Notes under the pieces: model-generated
What the model saw: only the letters and a program-made list of their open reading frames with translations
Database searches by the model: none
What the model was told of the DNA's origin: nothing
Position numbers and translations under genes: made by a program
Assembly (NCBI GenBank): GCA_046045965.1
Contig: JBJOKS010000004.1
Span: 96,001-160,000 of the forward strand
Source of the DNA: Cyanobacteriota bacterium
Lineage (GTDB): Bacteria > Cyanobacteriota > Cyanobacteriia > Cyanobacteriales > Nostocaceae
Length of the DNA: 64,000 bases
Reading direction: 5' to 3'
Shown here: positions 29,885 through 42,565 of the stretch, piece by piece
Position numbering within the stretch: the stretch's first letter is position 1
Layout: each line of letters starts with the position of its first letter

Positions 29885-32569
29885 TTACACTTCCGATGAT
29901 GCTTCTACTAATTTAACTGTCTTTTTCCCCACTGACACTTTGACTGATTGTTTTTTAGAGAATGTCAATCCATTTTCACCTTTATCTATAAAAATCGTAT
30001 CCCCAGAAATAAAGGTATTCTCTAACAATTTGGTAGCCAGTGGGTTTTCGACTTCCCGCTGAATAGACCTTTTTAGCGGACGTGCGCCATAAACAGGGTC
30101 ATATCCAGCTTCGACTAAATAATCACAAGCAGCCTGTGATATTTCAAAGGAGATTTTTTGCTCTTTGAGCAGTTTTTCCACCCGTTTTAGTTGAATACGG
30201 ATGATATGGCGCATTTCTGAACGACTGAGAGTATGGAACAATATCAGATCATCAACGCGGTTGAGAAATTCAGGACGGAAGTGACTTCTTAAACCTTCCA
30301 TCACTTTATCTCGCATCAAATCATACTTTGAGTCATCACCGGAAACATCAAGAATATGCTCACTACCAATGTTGCTAGTCATGACTATAACTGTATTTCG
30401 GAAATCTACTAACCTTCCTTGAGAGTCAGTAACTCTACCATCATCTAACACCTGAAGCAGAATATTAAACACATCGGGATGGGCTTTTTCTACTTCATCC
30501 AGCAACACCACAGAATAGGGATGACGACGGATAGCTTCGGAAAGTTGACCACCTTCTTCATAACCGATGTATCCAGGAGGCGCACCCACTAAGCGGGAAA
30601 CGGAGTGTTTTTCCATGTACTCGGACATATCTAAACGCACCAAAGCGTCATCGGAATCAAAGAGAAATTGAGCTAAGGCGCGGGCAAGTTCGGTTTTACC
30701 CACTCCAGTTGGTCCCATGAACAAAAATGACCCAATAGGACGAGAGGGGTCTTTCATTCCCGCACGGGCGCGACGAATAGCAGCAGCAACGGCAGCAACA
30801 GCTTCTTCTTGGCCGATAACTCTTTCGTGTAAATGGCTTTCAAGTTTCAGTAATTTCTGGCGTTCTGACTCTAACAGGCGGTTAACTGGTATACCTGTCC
30901 ATTTGGCGACTATTTCGGCAATATCAGCTTCGGTGACTTGTTCCCGTAGCAGGGTAGAACCTTGATTTTGAATTTCTAATAACTGTGTTTCTTTAACTTC
31001 TCGTTCCCTTTGCACTCCTTCCAGCTTGCCATATTTCAATTGTGCAGCTTTGTTTAAGTCATAATCTCTTTCAGCTTGTTCAATTTGCACCCTAAGCGCG
31101 TCTTCTTCTTTTTTTAAAGTGCTGATAGCTTCTAATAATTGCTTTTCACCTTGCCATTGTTCGTTAAATGTTTGTTGTTTAACGGTTAAAGTGGCAATTT
31201 CCTGTTCTATTCGGTCTAAACGTTCCTTCGTTTGCGGTGTAGCTAGTTCTTCCCCTGATAAGGACAGTTTTTCCATTTCTAGCTGCATTAAGCGTCTATC
31301 AATGGTTTCCAGTTCCGCAGGTTTGGAGGTAATTTCCATTTTTAATTTCGCTGCGGCTTCGTCTACTAAGTCAATGGCTTTATCAGGTAAAAACCGATCT
31401 GCAATATAACGGGCTGATAATGTTGCTGCTGCCACTAAAGCGGAATCGGAAATTTTGACGTTATGATGTACTTCATAACGCTCTTTTAAACCACGTAAAA
31501 TAGAAATGGTGTTTTCTACGGTGGGTTGATCTACATATACCTGTTGAAAACGACGTTCTAAAGCTGCATCTTTTTCGATGAATTTACGATATTCGTCTAA
31601 AGTCGTCGCACCAATACAACGCAATTCACCACGGGCTAACATAGGTTTAAGTAAATTACCAGCATCCATTGATCCTTGTTGGTTAGAACCTGCACCAACG
31701 ACGGTATGCAGTTCATCAATAAATAGGACTACTTGCCCGTTAGACTCCGTAACTTCCCGGAGAACATTTTTTAGACGGTCTTCAAATTCACCACGGTATT
31801 TTGCGCCGGCAATTAAACTACCAATATCCAAAGATATCAATTGACGGTTTTTCAAAGACTCAGGAACGTCACCGTTAACCATTCTTTGGGCTAAAGCTTC
31901 AGCGATCGCAGTTTTACCAACGCCAGGTTCACCAATCAAAACTGGGTTATTTTTGCTACGTCTTGATAAAACTTGAATTACTCGCCTAATTTCATCATCA
32001 CGCCCAATTACCGGATCTAATTTTCCTGCTTTAGCTTGTTCTGTTAAATCTCTACCAAAACGCTTTAAAGCTGGTTCATTGATATCCGCAGATTCTTTTT
32101 CTCCTGTTTTTGTAGAAACCCTTTGAGTCACGCGGACAGTTTTTACAGCAGTTTCTAACTTAGCAATATCAATATTTAAACCCTTAAATATCCGTCTACC
32201 GATGCGTTCATCTTCCGCAAAAGCTAAGAAAACATGACCTTCCGAGATTTCGCCTTCCTTCATTCTCCCACGAATTTCTTCGGCTCGATCTAGCAATAAA
32301 TCTAAATTGCGTCCCAAATAAAGCTGATCACTTTTAGCCACCTTGGGCTGACGTTTAGTATAAGCTTCTAACTGTTCTTGTAATCGAATAGGATCAATTT
32401 CAGCACGAGCCAGAATACCTGTGGATATGCTACTAGATTCTTCTAAAAGAGCAAGAATTAAATGTTCTACTTCTAATTGTTGTTGTTGATAAGCACGGAC
32501 TATATCCTGAGATTTAATAACAGCATCCCAGGTTGTATCAGTAAATTTATTTGGATCTGTAGGCTGCAT
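29885..32569 (-). CDS. clpB: ATP-dependent chaperone ClpB
   Basis: Two AAA modules ([16 protein letters not shown]) and a coiled middle domain. Confidence 0.97.
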   Translation of the reverse strand: MQPTDPNKFTDTTWDAVIKSQDIVRAYQQQQLEVEHLILALLEESSSISTGILARAEIDPIRLQEQLEAYTKRQPKVAKSDQLYLGRNLDLLLDRAEEIRGRMKEGEISEGHVFLAFAEDERIGRRIFKGLNIDIAKLETAVKTVRVTQRVSTKTGEKESADINEPALKRFGRDLTEQAKAGKLDPVIGRDDEIRRVIQVLSRRSKNNPVLIGEPGVGKTAIAEALAQRMVNGDVPESLKNRQLISLDIGSLIAGAKYRGEFEDRLKNVLREVTESNGQVVLFIDELHTVVGAGSNQQGSMDAGNLLKPMLARGELRCIGATTLDEYRKFIEKDAALERRFQQVYVDQPTVENTISILRGLKERYEVHHNVKISDSALVAAATLSARYIADRFLPDKAIDLVDEAAAKLKMEITSKPAELETIDRRLMQLEMEKLSLSGEELATPQTKERLDRIEQEIATLTVKQQTFNEQWQGEKQLLEAISTLKKEEDALRVQIEQAERDYDLNKAAQLKYGKLEGVQREREVKETQLLEIQNQGSTLLREQVTEADIAEIVAKWTGIPVNRLLESERQKLLKLESHLHERVIGQEEAVAAVAAAIRRARAGMKDPSRPIGSFLFMGPTGVGKTELARALAQFLFDSDDALVRLDMSEYMEKHSVSRLVGAPPGYIGYEEGGQLSEAIRRHPYSVVLLDEVEKAHPDVFNILLQVLDDGRVTDSQGRLVDFRNTVIVMTSNIGSEHILDVSGDDSKYDLMRDKVMEGLRSHFRPEFLNRVDDLILFHTLSRSEMRHIIRIQLKRVEKLLKEQKISFEISQAACDYLVEAGYDPVYGARPLKRSIQREVENPLATKLLENTFISGDTIFIDKGENGLTFSKKQSVKVSVGKKTVKLVEASSEV

Positions 32570-32738
32570 TTTTAAGATTTTAGTTTTTAGATTTTATAAG
32601 ATTGACGATTTTAGGTTATAAATTGGTGATTGGGAAAGAATAACAGGTTTACCAGCAAAACGGAGACAAATCACAGGGATAATGGTTATGGTGGGACAAT
32701 GCCCACCCTACTCCAAGATAAGATACTTCAGACTAGAA

Positions 32739-33173
32739 TTACTGACTTACAAGTTGTGCTGGGGATTTTTCTGCTGATGTTGTACCGTGAGTAGCCAATT
32801 GAATCAATTCAACTTTATAGCCATCGGGATCTTCAACGAAAGCGATCACCGTTGAACCGTGTTTCATTGGACCAGGTTCGCGGACTACCTTACCCCCACG
32901 GTTTCTAATTTCCTCACAGGTAGAGTAAATGTCATCTACTCCCAGTGCGATATGACCATAGGCTGTGCCTAAATCATACTTTTCTACGCCCCAGTTATAA
33001 GTTAATTCTAGCACCGTGTGGTCGCTTTCATCCCCATAACCTACAAAAGCCAGGGTAAATTCTCCACCTGGGTAATCTTTACGTCGGAGTAATTTCATTC
33101 CCAGGATATCACAGTAAAATTGCAAGGATTTTTCTAGGTTGCCTACCCGCAACATTGTGTGTAGTAATCGCAT
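32739..33173 (-). CDS. gloA: Lactoylglutathione lyase (glyoxalase I)
   Basis: [23 protein letters not shown] and DPDGYKVE. Confidence 0.97.
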   Translation of the reverse strand: MRLLHTMLRVGNLEKSLQFYCDILGMKLLRRKDYPGGEFTLAFVGYGDESDHTVLELTYNWGVEKYDLGTAYGHIALGVDDIYSTCEEIRNRGGKVVREPGPMKHGSTVIAFVEDPDGYKVELIQLATHGTTSAEKSPAQLVSQ

Positions 33174-33294
33174 ATTCACCATTTTATTGAACTATTATAT
33201 TTTATATCTCATCTATAGTAGGTTGGCATTAAAAATTGTCGTCATGAAAAGGCAAGAGGCAGGAGGCAGGAGGCAGGAGGTAAGAGGTTTTTAG

Positions 33295-34173
33295 CCCACA
33301 TTCCGCACTTCATAAAGTAGCATAATTAAACTACATTAATGGTCAATTAAAATTTATGATTTTAACAATTACCTATCAATGTAAAACACAATGATGGACA
33401 CAGGAAGTAGAGATTTAGAAGGTGTTTAAAAGCTATTTCAACAATAATATTAATTCAAGGTGTGGAATCAGTTATAAAGAAGATAACCGATGAAATCGTA
33501 AAAATAGAGAGAAAAACTAAGATAATAAATAATATTTTTGGCAAGTAGTAGGTAGGAATTGCAAGATATGACAATGCGACTCCGTTAAGTTAAGAATTCG
33601 TTGAAATCCTTGTGTCATCAAAAGATGAATCCCTTGAAAACATTGAAACATCCATCTTAATATGGGAGATTCTGTGGGTTTATTCATTTGATTTTTCACT
33701 GTGGCTTTTTGTGCTTTCAATGACATTCTTAATTGTCTTTGTCCTAAATTATAAACCAAAAGACATAATGCCATTAACATGATCATTGTCTCTACTCTTT
33801 CGTGATTTTTGAAAAACAGACTATCCGCGAAAAATAACCGGTCTTTGATAAATCTAAATCCTCTTTCTGTAGATTTTTGTTCTTTATATATTTTGAGGAT
33901 TTCTTCTGACTCTAACTCAATCGTATCCAAAATATTGGTGGCTAAAATAAATCTGCCACAAGAGTTTTGCTGTTGTGTAATTAACTCCTGATTTTCTCTT
34001 AATTTACATTTCACTCTATAAACTGTCGTTTTACCTTTGTTGGTTTCAGTAATTTCCTAATCTGATATTTGATGATATTTTAACTTAGCTGTTATTTCTT
34101 TGATTTTTCGTTTCAGTAAAGATTTATCTGTTGATACTTTATACGTACTACAAGTTGACGTGCGGAATGTGGG
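33295..34173 (-). mobile_element. Internally deleted IS1634-family element
   Basis: Terminal IRs CCCACATTCCGCAC(T/G)TCA at 33295 and ending at 34173 enclose only the 3' part of a transposase. Confidence 0.85.
33517..34110 (-). pseudogene. IS1634-family transposase fragment
   Basis: GRFILATN...YKEQ..ERGFRFIKD...LCLLVY; in-frame stop near 34058; N-terminal part absent. Confidence 0.88.
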
Positions 34174-34181
34174 TTATATGT

Positions 34182-34317
34182 CAATACTGTTCGGTTAAGA
34201 GTTTTCGTAGGTTGGGTTGAACAAAGTGAAACCCAACAAACCCTTGTAAATGTTGGGTTTCCTATCGTCAACCCAACCTACATCATTATATTTTTTGGGC
34301 TTAACCGAAAAGTATTG
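34182..34317 (+). mobile_element. 136-bp MITE with 18-bp TIRs and 10-bp TSD GGTTATATGT
   Basis: CAATACTGTTCGGTTAAG...CTTAACCGAAAAGTATTG; TSD copies at 34172-34181 and 34318-34327. Confidence 0.95.
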
Positions 34318-34426
34318 GGTTATATGTTGTACATTAACAATTTATTTGTCACTGTTAACAAATTAATTGTCCCTAGCTGTAGCGAACTGCAAACACCCCC
34401 ATCTCACAATGAAGGGGGTGAAAAGA

Positions 34427-37400
34427 TTAAGCCGTGAAATACTTCGCTACAGGGTGATAAGTAATAATCGCCGTAGTAGACTGTTCAGGATAAAGTTGCT
34501 CACTTTCATCCATATACATTTTCATCCTGTCAGTTCCCAACAACTCCAACTGCTTAAACTGATCCTGAATATTCGGACAAGCAGGATAGCCGAAACTATA
34601 CCGAGAACCTTGATAACGCTGCGCCAGTATATCCCGAATATTATCCGGTTCAGCATCACCAAAACCCAACTCACGGCGGATTCTAGCGTGTGTCCATTCT
34701 GCTAAAGCTTCCGCCACCTGCACCGCCATACCATGAAAATACAGATAATCAGTGTATTGATTATCAGCAAATAACTTTTGTCCAAATTCCGTTGCAACTT
34801 CCCCCACAGTCACCGCTTGCATGGGGAAAACATCAATTAATCCTAACTCTTTCGGTGCAAAGAAATCTGCAATACATAATCTCTTCGCAGAACGTTGACG
34901 GGGAAACTCAAAACTTGCAACCTGTTTTGATTGATTTTCCAGATCATATATATGTAGAGAATTTCCCTCAGACTGACAAGGAAAATACCCATAAATTACT
35001 TGAGGATGCAACAAATTTTCCTCAATAATGCGCTGTTTCCAACTTTCTAAAACTGGGTAAACCTTCTCAGCTAAAAATGCTTGATATTCCTCTTTAGATT
35101 GTTCCTTGGGTTTGCGGAATTGCCATTGTCCAGCAATTAAAGCTTGCAAATCCAAATACCAGAATAACTCCTCCAAAGAAATATCATCAGGTTGTAAAAA
35201 TTGCGTTCCCCAGAATGGTGGTTGGGGACGTTCAATATTTACCTCTACCGCTTCCGAACGACGTGTATCTATTTCTTTTGGTTCAGCAGGTACTTTATCT
35301 TTGACAGTATTATCTACTGTTTCTTTGTGTCCATTGGTTGACTCTTCAAATTCTCCTAATTCATCCAAAAATCCCTGCAAATCATCCCAATTACCTGCGG
35401 TTTTTGCTGGCATTAATTTATCCATGAAATGCAAATCAGAAAACGCATCTTTGCCATAAATAACCTTACCTTTGTAAGTACCTTGGCAATCTTGATTTAC
35501 AAATTTAGGAGTTAACGCTGCACCACCTAAAATTACAGGAACGGTAATTCCTTTTTCATTAAAAGTCTGTAAATTCTCCTTCATGAAAGCAGTAGATTTT
35601 ACTAACAAACCACTCATGGCAATACAATCAGGTTTATACTGTTCGTAAGCTTGAATGATGTTTTCTACTGATTGCTTAATTCCCAGATTAATCACCTTGT
35701 AACCATTGTTAGATAAGATGATATCTACCAAGTTTTTACCAATATCATGGACATCACCTTTCACCGTTGCAATGACAAAAGTTCCCTTAGCATTATTACC
35801 AGATTCTGATTTTTCCATGAACGGTTCTAAATAAGCAACCGCAGCTTTCATGGTTTCCGCAGATTGTAAAACAAAAGGTAATTGCATTTGTCCAGAACCG
35901 AACAATTCACCCACAACTTTCATCCCATCTAAGAGAAAAGTGTTGATGATTTCTAAAGGTGGATATTGTTCTAAAGCTTTGGTTAATTGTGTTTCTAAAC
36001 CAATACGTTCACCGTCGATAATATGACGTTTCAACCGTTCTTCAATTGGTAGACTTTCATCAACGCCTGTGTTACGTTTGGTTTTGACTCCTGCAAAAAT
36101 TGTTGTCAATTCTCCCAAAGGATCATAAACGCAGACATCACCATCAAATTTGCGTTCATCGTAAATTAACTGACGACAAACTTCTTGATGTTGAGGTTCA
36201 ATTTTAGCCAGTGGTAAAATTTTGCTCGCACTGACAATTGCTGCATCCATTCCTGCATTCATCGCTTCATGCAAAAACATCGAATTTAGAACCATCCGTG
36301 ATGCAGGGTTTAAACCAAAGGATATATTAGATACACCCAAAATTACATGACATCCCGGCAATTCTGCACGAATGCGGCGAATTGATTCTATTGTTGCTTT
36401 TCCATTTGCTCTATCTTCTTCAATTCCTGTAGAAATAGGCAAAGCCAATGTATCAAAAAATATTTCTGTGGGAGGAATACCATATTCTACAGCTTGACGG
36501 TAAGCACGCTGGGCAATTTGAAACTTTTTCTCTGCTGTCCGCGCCATGCCATCTTCGTCAATTGTACCAATAATGACACCAGCACCGTATTTTTTAGCTA
36601 ATTCTAACACCTTCAAAAATCTGGGTTCACCATCTTCGTAGTTGGTAGAATTGAGTAAACACTTGCCACCAGCAACTTTTAACCCCGCTTCCATTTTTTC
36701 CCATTCGGTGGAATCGAGCATTAAAGGTAATGTGACATTATTAACAATGCGAGAAACTAACTCGTGCATATCACGCACGCCATCACGTCCCACATAGTCA
36801 ACGTTAACATCTAAAATGTGTGCGCCTTCTTTTACCTGACTTCTGGCCATCGACACCAAACCATCCCAGTCTTCTGAGTTCAGTAAGTCACGGCATTTTT
36901 TAGAACCACTGGCGTTAAGACGTTCCCCAACAATCAAGAAAGAGTTATCCTGATCGTAAGGTTGAGTAGTATAAATTGACGCTGCTGCTGGTTCTAAACT
37001 GGGTTGTCGAACCTTCGGTTTTAATTCTTTGGCAATTTCCGCTAACTGTTGAATATGTTCAGGTCTTGTCCCACAGCAACCCCCAATCACTTGGACACCC
37101 AAATCTTCGATAAAGTGCATTAAAGACATCCGTAATTCCAACGGTGTTAATCTGTAATGTGCTTGACCACCAACGTTTTCCGGTAAACCCGCATTAGGAA
37201 TACAGGAAACTACGAAGGGCGAATGTTCTGATAAATACTTGATGTGTGGTTTCATCAAGTCTGGACCTGTGGCGCAGTTCAAACCGAGAATATCAATGGG
37301 ATATGGTGCTAAAATTGTGAGAACGGCTGATATTTCCGTACCTACCAACATTGTCCCCATGCTTTCCATCGTTACGGAAACCATTAACGGTCTTCTTTCT

Positions 37401-37957
37401 CCTTTTTTGGCAAAAACTTCCTCAATTCCATTTAATGCTGCTTTAATTTGCAGCACATCTTGGCAAGTTTCCACGAGAAATAAATCCACACCACCATCAA
37501 ATAAAGCTTCTGCTTGTTCAGCAAAAGAGGCTTTCATGGTATCAAAGTCAATATGTCCCAAGGTGGGGAGTTTAGTTGTAGGACCAATAGAACCGGCGAC
37601 AAAGCGGGGTTTTTCTGGGGTAGAAAATTCCGCAGCGACGCTTTTGGCGAGTTCGGCAGCTTTCCTGGTGAGATAATAAGCTTGGTCTGCTAAGTCATAT
37701 TCTGCTAAAACTATGGACATAGCGCCAAAGGTATCAGTTTCAATGACATCAGCACCCGCAGCTAGAAAGTCACGGTGAACTTTGGCGACTGCTTCCGGGT
37801 TACTATGGACTAAGTATTCGTTACAACCTTCATACTGTGCGCCGCCAAAGTCTTCTGCTGTCAGGTTTTGGGTTTGCAGGTTAGTTCCCATCGCACCGTC
37901 AAAGACGATAACAGGACGTTTTGGACTATGTAAGTGTTCTAGGAAGGAATGTGCCAT
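34427..37957 (-). CDS. metH: Cobalamin-dependent methionine synthase
   Basis: [23 protein letters not shown] and [10 protein letters not shown]. Confidence 0.98.
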   Translation of the reverse strand: MAHSFLEHLHSPKRPVIVFDGAMGTNLQTQNLTAEDFGGAQYEGCNEYLVHSNPEAVAKVHRDFLAAGADVIETDTFGAMSIVLAEYDLADQAYYLTRKAAELAKSVAAEFSTPEKPRFVAGSIGPTTKLPTLGHIDFDTMKASFAEQAEALFDGGVDLFLVETCQDVLQIKAALNGIEEVFAKKGERRPLMVSVTMESMGTMLVGTEISAVLTILAPYPIDILGLNCATGPDLMKPHIKYLSEHSPFVVSCIPNAGLPENVGGQAHYRLTPLELRMSLMHFIEDLGVQVIGGCCGTRPEHIQQLAEIAKELKPKVRQPSLEPAAASIYTTQPYDQDNSFLIVGERLNASGSKKCRDLLNSEDWDGLVSMARSQVKEGAHILDVNVDYVGRDGVRDMHELVSRIVNNVTLPLMLDSTEWEKMEAGLKVAGGKCLLNSTNYEDGEPRFLKVLELAKKYGAGVIIGTIDEDGMARTAEKKFQIAQRAYRQAVEYGIPPTEIFFDTLALPISTGIEEDRANGKATIESIRRIRAELPGCHVILGVSNISFGLNPASRMVLNSMFLHEAMNAGMDAAIVSASKILPLAKIEPQHQEVCRQLIYDERKFDGDVCVYDPLGELTTIFAGVKTKRNTGVDESLPIEERLKRHIIDGERIGLETQLTKALEQYPPLEIINTFLLDGMKVVGELFGSGQMQLPFVLQSAETMKAAVAYLEPFMEKSESGNNAKGTFVIATVKGDVHDIGKNLVDIILSNNGYKVINLGIKQSVENIIQAYEQYKPDCIAMSGLLVKSTAFMKENLQTFNEKGITVPVILGGAALTPKFVNQDCQGTYKGKVIYGKDAFSDLHFMDKLMPAKTAGNWDDLQGFLDELGEFEESTNGHKETVDNTVKDKVPAEPKEIDTRRSEAVEVNIERPQPPFWGTQFLQPDDISLEELFWYLDLQALIAGQWQFRKPKEQSKEEYQAFLAEKVYPVLESWKQRIIEENLLHPQVIYGYFPCQSEGNSLHIYDLENQSKQVASFEFPRQRSAKRLCIADFFAPKELGLIDVFPMQAVTVGEVATEFGQKLFADNQYTDYLYFHGMAVQVAEALAEWTHARIRRELGFGDAEPDNIRDILAQRYQGSRYSFGYPACPNIQDQFKQLELLGTDRMKMYMDESEQLYPEQSTTAIITYHPVAKYFTA

Positions 37958-38138
37958 CTTTTGTTCAAAAAATTGCGTGTAGTCTGATGATATGCGACCT
38001 AATTTACTATTTTCCAAGATTTTGATAGTTTAGACAGGTTTTCCAGAAAACAATGTGTTAAAAAGTAAAGAACAAGGTTTCATCGGCTTGCACACAGATG
38101 TATTCATGAGTTTATTAAACATCAATATTAAATAGATT

Positions 38139-39044
38139 ATGAGATTTAGAGATTGGGCAACTAGAGTAATGCTAATTTTTGTCATGCTGGTAGCTCTGAC
38201 TTTAGCCCTTTTTATTGGTAGTTCCAGAAAAATTCAACACAATATCAGCACATCAAACCTAGATCCTACAGTATGGGGTCAATATCCACAAACTTTATTG
38301 CAGTCAGACCAAAAAATAGAGTCAAGTCCATCGAGTTTACCTAAATTATCTAAATTACCGACAATACCTAAATTACCTAAATCTCCTGTACAAACAAAGC
38401 AAGCTATTACCAGATATTCTACTACTGCTGCTTTTGCTCAGTATAAGCCTAATTTAGCTGCGGCTAATGTTAACCCTAGTAACTACGGTGAAAGATATAG
38501 CAAAGATGTTAATGGTGTTATTGTAAATAATCAACCGATTATCGTTCTTCATGAAACTACTAATTCTGCTTCTAGTGCAGTTAATTTTTTTCAAACTAAT
38601 AATGTTGATGAAAATGTCCAAGCCAGTTATCATACTTTAATTACTCTCGATGGTACTGTAATTTATTTAGTTCCACCTGATAAACGCGCTTTTGGTGCTA
38701 GTAATTCAGTTTTTAACGGTGCTAATGGTGCGGAAACTGTGCAGACAAATCCTAATTTACCTCCTTCTGTAAATAATTTTGCTTATCATGTTTCTTTAGA
38801 AACTCCTCCTGAAGCTTGGGGTAAACGTAATATCAAGGAACATACAGGATATACGGAAGCTCAATATAATTCTTTAGCTTGGTTAATTGCTCAAAGTCAA
38901 GTTCCTGATCAAAGAATTACTACCCATCGTGATGTAGATGTTGCTAATGGAAAAGTTGATCCGTTAAGTTTTGATTTTGATCGGTTTTTTAATAAGTTGC
39001 ATTCTTTTCGGGAGTTGAAAACTTTTAATAATGCGAAAAATTAA
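38139..39044 (+). CDS. N-acetylmuramoyl-L-alanine amidase (Amidase_2 family)
   Basis: N-terminal anchor, IVLHET, ASYH and ITTHRDVD...KVDP. Confidence 0.88.
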   Translation: MRFRDWATRVMLIFVMLVALTLALFIGSSRKIQHNISTSNLDPTVWGQYPQTLLQSDQKIESSPSSLPKLSKLPTIPKLPKSPVQTKQAITRYSTTAAFAQYKPNLAAANVNPSNYGERYSKDVNGVIVNNQPIIVLHETTNSASSAVNFFQTNNVDENVQASYHTLITLDGTVIYLVPPDKRAFGASNSVFNGANGAETVQTNPNLPPSVNNFAYHVSLETPPEAWGKRNIKEHTGYTEAQYNSLAWLIAQSQVPDQRITTHRDVDVANGKVDPLSFDFDRFFNKLHSFRELKTFNNAKN

Positions 39045-39105
39045 ACAAATAGCTCTAGCTTTGTAAAACCAGAGCTATGATCAATTTATTGAACTTCCCA
39101 AACTT

Positions 39106-40779
39106 CTACTTACTAAAACTATAAATCTGTTGTGTCTCCAAGCGATCGCTCAATGACGAAGGTGCTACATCAGCACTCAATACCTGCCGATCTAACTTTA
39201 CCTGCAAATTAGTCAGAGGATCACTACCAGCAGAAATGAGAAATTCCAGCTTCTGCACATAAGTCAAAGCTAGTAAATTATCCAAAATTTGACCAATTGC
39301 TTGTAGGTAAGGATGACCTTTCTGTTGATACCAGTTAGCATCAGCAATATTTGCCTGGTCAAAACCCAAATGAACAGTTAATGATGGTTGATCAAATAAC
39401 GCAATTCCTAAAGGTCGTGCTTCTTCCTGTAACAGTAAATGATTATTTTTTGCTAAATGCCGTAATTTTTCTAAACGTTCATAACGTGTTGTCACCAATT
39501 CCGGTTCATCTTCCCAGTGTAATGCTACTGTCACCAGATAAGTTTGTAACAACATATGTCCTAACTTTTTGGCTTTCGTAGCGAGGTAATAAGAGTTGTA
39601 ATCATTTGACTCTATCAACAAAGGTACACGATCTACAACTTCCAAACCATAACCCTTAACACCAGCAATTTTACGGGGATTATTAGTAATGAGACGAATT
39701 TTTTTAACACCTAAATCCATAAGCATTTGCGCCCCCATACCATAATCTCGCAAATCCGCAGGAAAACCCAAACGTTCATTTGCTTCCACCGTGTCAAGTC
39801 CCATATCCTGCAACGAGTAGGCTTTTAGCTTGTTGATCAAACCTATACCCCGTCCTTCTTGACGCAGGTAAACAACGACACCTTGACCAGCATTTTCAAT
39901 CATTTTCAATGCGGCCTTTAACTGCATTCGACAATCACAGCGTAAAGAACCCAAAGCGTCACCAGTCAAACATTCCGAGTGCATCCGCACCATTACAGGT
40001 TCATCACTGAAATTTGCGGGATCGCCCTTGACAATGGCTACGTGTTCAGTATTATCTAAGGTGTGGCGGTAGCCGTAAATATCAAATTGTCCAAATTGAC
40101 TGGGTAATTTAGTGACGATTTCTCGATAGATTAAGCGATCATTTTGCAGACGGTAACTAATTAAATCCGCAATACTAATAATTTTTAGTTTATGGACCTT
40201 GGCATATTCGACTAGCTGCTGTAAGCGTGCCATTGAACCATCAGGATTTTGAATTTCACAAATTACCCCAGCGGGGTATAATCCTGCTAGTCGCGCTAAA
40301 TCTACAGCCGCTTCTGTATGTCCTGCCCGTTTTAACACACCGCCAGCTTTAGCCCGAATTGGGAAAATATGTCCAGGTCGTCGTAACTCTTCCGGTTTTG
40401 TGGCTGGGTTGAGAGTGACTTGGATAGTACGAGCGCGGTCTTCTGCTGAGATACCTGTGCTTACACCCAAATGTGGACCAGCGTCAATGCTGACAGTGAA
40501 AGCAGTTTGGTTAGTATCTGTGATGTTACTCACCATTAATGGTAAGTCTAGTTCATCCAGGCGATCGCCCGTCATGGCTAGACAAATCAAACCTCTGGCT
40601 TCCACCGCCATAAAATTAATCATATCAGGGGTGGCAAATTGGGCGGCACAAATTAAATCCCCTTCATTTTCTCGGTTTTCATCATCCACCACCACGATGA
40701 CACGACCCGCTTTGAGGTCGGCTAAAGCGGCATCAATAGTATCAAATTCAAAGGCTTGGCTATTATTAGGCTGTGACAC
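39106..40779 (-). CDS. ribBA: Bifunctional DHBP synthase / GTP cyclohydrolase II
   Basis: DDENRENEGD, RAGHTEA, RMHSECLTGD..S.RCDC and QEGRGIG. Confidence 0.97.
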   Translation of the reverse strand: MSQPNNSQAFEFDTIDAALADLKAGRVIVVVDDENRENEGDLICAAQFATPDMINFMAVEARGLICLAMTGDRLDELDLPLMVSNITDTNQTAFTVSIDAGPHLGVSTGISAEDRARTIQVTLNPATKPEELRRPGHIFPIRAKAGGVLKRAGHTEAAVDLARLAGLYPAGVICEIQNPDGSMARLQQLVEYAKVHKLKIISIADLISYRLQNDRLIYREIVTKLPSQFGQFDIYGYRHTLDNTEHVAIVKGDPANFSDEPVMVRMHSECLTGDALGSLRCDCRMQLKAALKMIENAGQGVVVYLRQEGRGIGLINKLKAYSLQDMGLDTVEANERLGFPADLRDYGMGAQMLMDLGVKKIRLITNNPRKIAGVKGYGLEVVDRVPLLIESNDYNSYYLATKAKKLGHMLLQTYLVTVALHWEDEPELVTTRYERLEKLRHLAKNNHLLLQEEARPLGIALFDQPSLTVHLGFDQANIADANWYQQKGHPYLQAIGQILDNLLALTYVQKLEFLISAGSDPLTNLQVKLDRQVLSADVAPSSLSDRLETQQIYSFSK

Positions 40780-40887
40780 AGAAAATTTCCAGCTACCAAC
40801 GTAAATTTTTTTAACAATTTCTTATTTTAGATTGTAGCCTGTTTATCGGAACTAGAGATTACCGGAGATAGCTAATGTATCTTTTGC

Positions 40888-40916
40888 TTGACAAGCAATT
40901 AGTTCATATATACTAT
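40888..40916 (+). promoter_or_regulatory. Sigma70-type promoter of the methyltransferase gene
   Basis: TTGACA (40888-40893), 17-nt spacer, TACTAT (40911-40916). Confidence 0.7.
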
Positions 40917-40952
40917 TAAGTGTATAAATATAATATACATGAGCATTAAGCT

Positions 40953-41947
40953 ATGGATTGTTCTAAAATAGTCAAATTGTTAGGTAAACCTTACTTTCAA
41001 ACATCTAACTGCTTTATTTACAATTTAGATTGTTTAGAAGCAATGGCAATGTTACCAGATGAATTTATCAATCTGACGGTAACAAGTCCGCCTTATAATA
41101 TTGGTAAAGAATATGAAAATTTATTACCATTAGATGATTATATAACATGGTGTGAAAAGTGGATTACAGAAGTTTATCGTCTTACCTCATCTGATGGGGC
41201 ATTTTGGTTAAATCTAGGTTATTTATCCATTAAAAATCGTGCTAAAGCCATTCCTATTTCTTATTTACTCTGGGATAAAATACCTTTTTATTTAATTCAA
41301 GAAATTGTTTGGAATTATGGCCCGGGAGTTGCTGGAAGTAAGTTTTTTTCACCTAGAAACGAGAAGTTTTTATGGTATGTGAAAAATTCAGAAGCTTATA
41401 CTTTTAATCTTGATGATATTCGTGATCCTAATGTCAAATATCCCAATCAAAAAAAGAATGGTAAAATTAAAGTGAATCCTTTAGGGAAAAATCCTACAGA
41501 TGTTTGGGAATTTCCCAAAGTCACTTCTGGTAAAAACCGATCCAATACTTTTCGGTTAAGCCCAAAAAATATAATGATGTAGGTTGGGTTGACGATAGGA
41601 AACCCAACATTTACAAGGGTTTGTTGGGTTTCACTTTGTTCAACCCAACCTACGAAAACTCTTAACCAAACAGTATTGAAAACCGATCTTCCCAAGAAAG
41701 AACACCTCACCCAGCACAGTTTCCCTCTGCTGTAATTGAAAGAATTATTAAAGCATCTTCAAATCAAAATCAAATAGTTTTAGATCCATTCTTGGGATCA
41801 GGTACTACTGCGATGGTAGCTTTAGATTTAAATCGTCTGGTAATTGGGTTTGAAATTCGTCAAGATTATTGTGATATTGCTGCTAATAGAATTGATAATT
41901 TTCTGAGTGAGAAAAATAGTAGAGTTAAACAGCTATCACTAATTTGA
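40953..41947 (+). pseudogene. Beta-class amino (probably m4C) DNA methyltransferase, interrupted by a MITE
   Basis: TSPPY motif IV; removing the MITE and one TSD restores KNRSSQERTPHPAQFP...DPFLGSGTT...QLSLI*. Confidence 0.93.
41543..41678 (-). mobile_element. 136-bp MITE with 10-bp TSD AAAACCGATC
   Basis: Reverse complement differs from 34182-34317 at one base; TSD copies at 41533-41542 and 41679-41688. Confidence 0.96.
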
Positions 41948-42562
41948 TAAAGGTAACTCAAGCAATTTATAGCGTTTTACATCTACACTTAATTTTGCTT
42001 GTTGTCCAGTTGCAGATATTTGTCCCTGCCAGTCTTCTTGATCTATCCAGCCAAAACGCACAAGTTTTATTTTGGGATTAGTCAATAATAGATTATCAGT
42101 TTGTTTTGTTTTCTTTTCTATCTTTTCAAAGTTAATGATGAGATAGTATCCTGATTTAATTTTCTTGGTTTTACCAGTAGTGCTTTTTTGAGCATAACTT
42201 CTATTACCAAAAAAATCACGAGGACTAGAAGATGTTTTAATTTCAATAGAAAAACTGTCATCTGGGATATAAACTAAATCCTTTTCTGTAGTATTTTGTT
42301 CTCTTCTCCATACCTGGGGATATCTACTAGATAATTCTAAAGGAATCAGTTCATGTAACAGTGAACCTATAATTTGTGGACTCGGAAATATATCCTTTCC
42401 TATTTTATATCCGCGACTGGTAATACTAGATGCAAATATTTACTCCCATACGCTAATGACAATTTCATATATTTCATTAACATCTAGAGGATGTTGTTCT
42501 ATAAGTTCTTTGGTTTTATCTGCCCACTTTTCAACGGGAATACCAGAATAAGGAGATACCAT
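41939..42562 (-). pseudogene. ScaI-family type II restriction endonuclease with a nonsense codon
   Basis: Manual translation MVSPYSGIP...SVWE*IFAS...PQIIGSLLHELIP...KDLVYIPDDSFSIEIKTSS...FGNRSYAQ...RFGWID..DW.GQ.SATGQQA; TAA at codon 41 (42440-42442). Family assignment is from remembered motifs. Confidence 0.85.
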
Positions 42563-42565
42563 TTT

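Noticed and set aside
26283..37982. Numerous plus-strand ORFs opposite htpG, clpB and metH (similar ones lie opposite eno, ispG and the EF-G paralogue)
   Set aside because: Antisense shadows of well-conserved genes.
37958..38138. Possible cobalamin or SAM riboswitch upstream of metH
   Set aside because: No B12-box or SAM consensus visible; short AT-rich divergent promoter region.
39106..39560. C-terminal extension of RibBA as a novel fusion
   Set aside because: Such an extension is usual in cyanobacterial RibBA.
41447..41710. 87-aa minus-strand ORF
   Set aside because: Produced by reading through the MITE on the strand opposite the methyltransferase.
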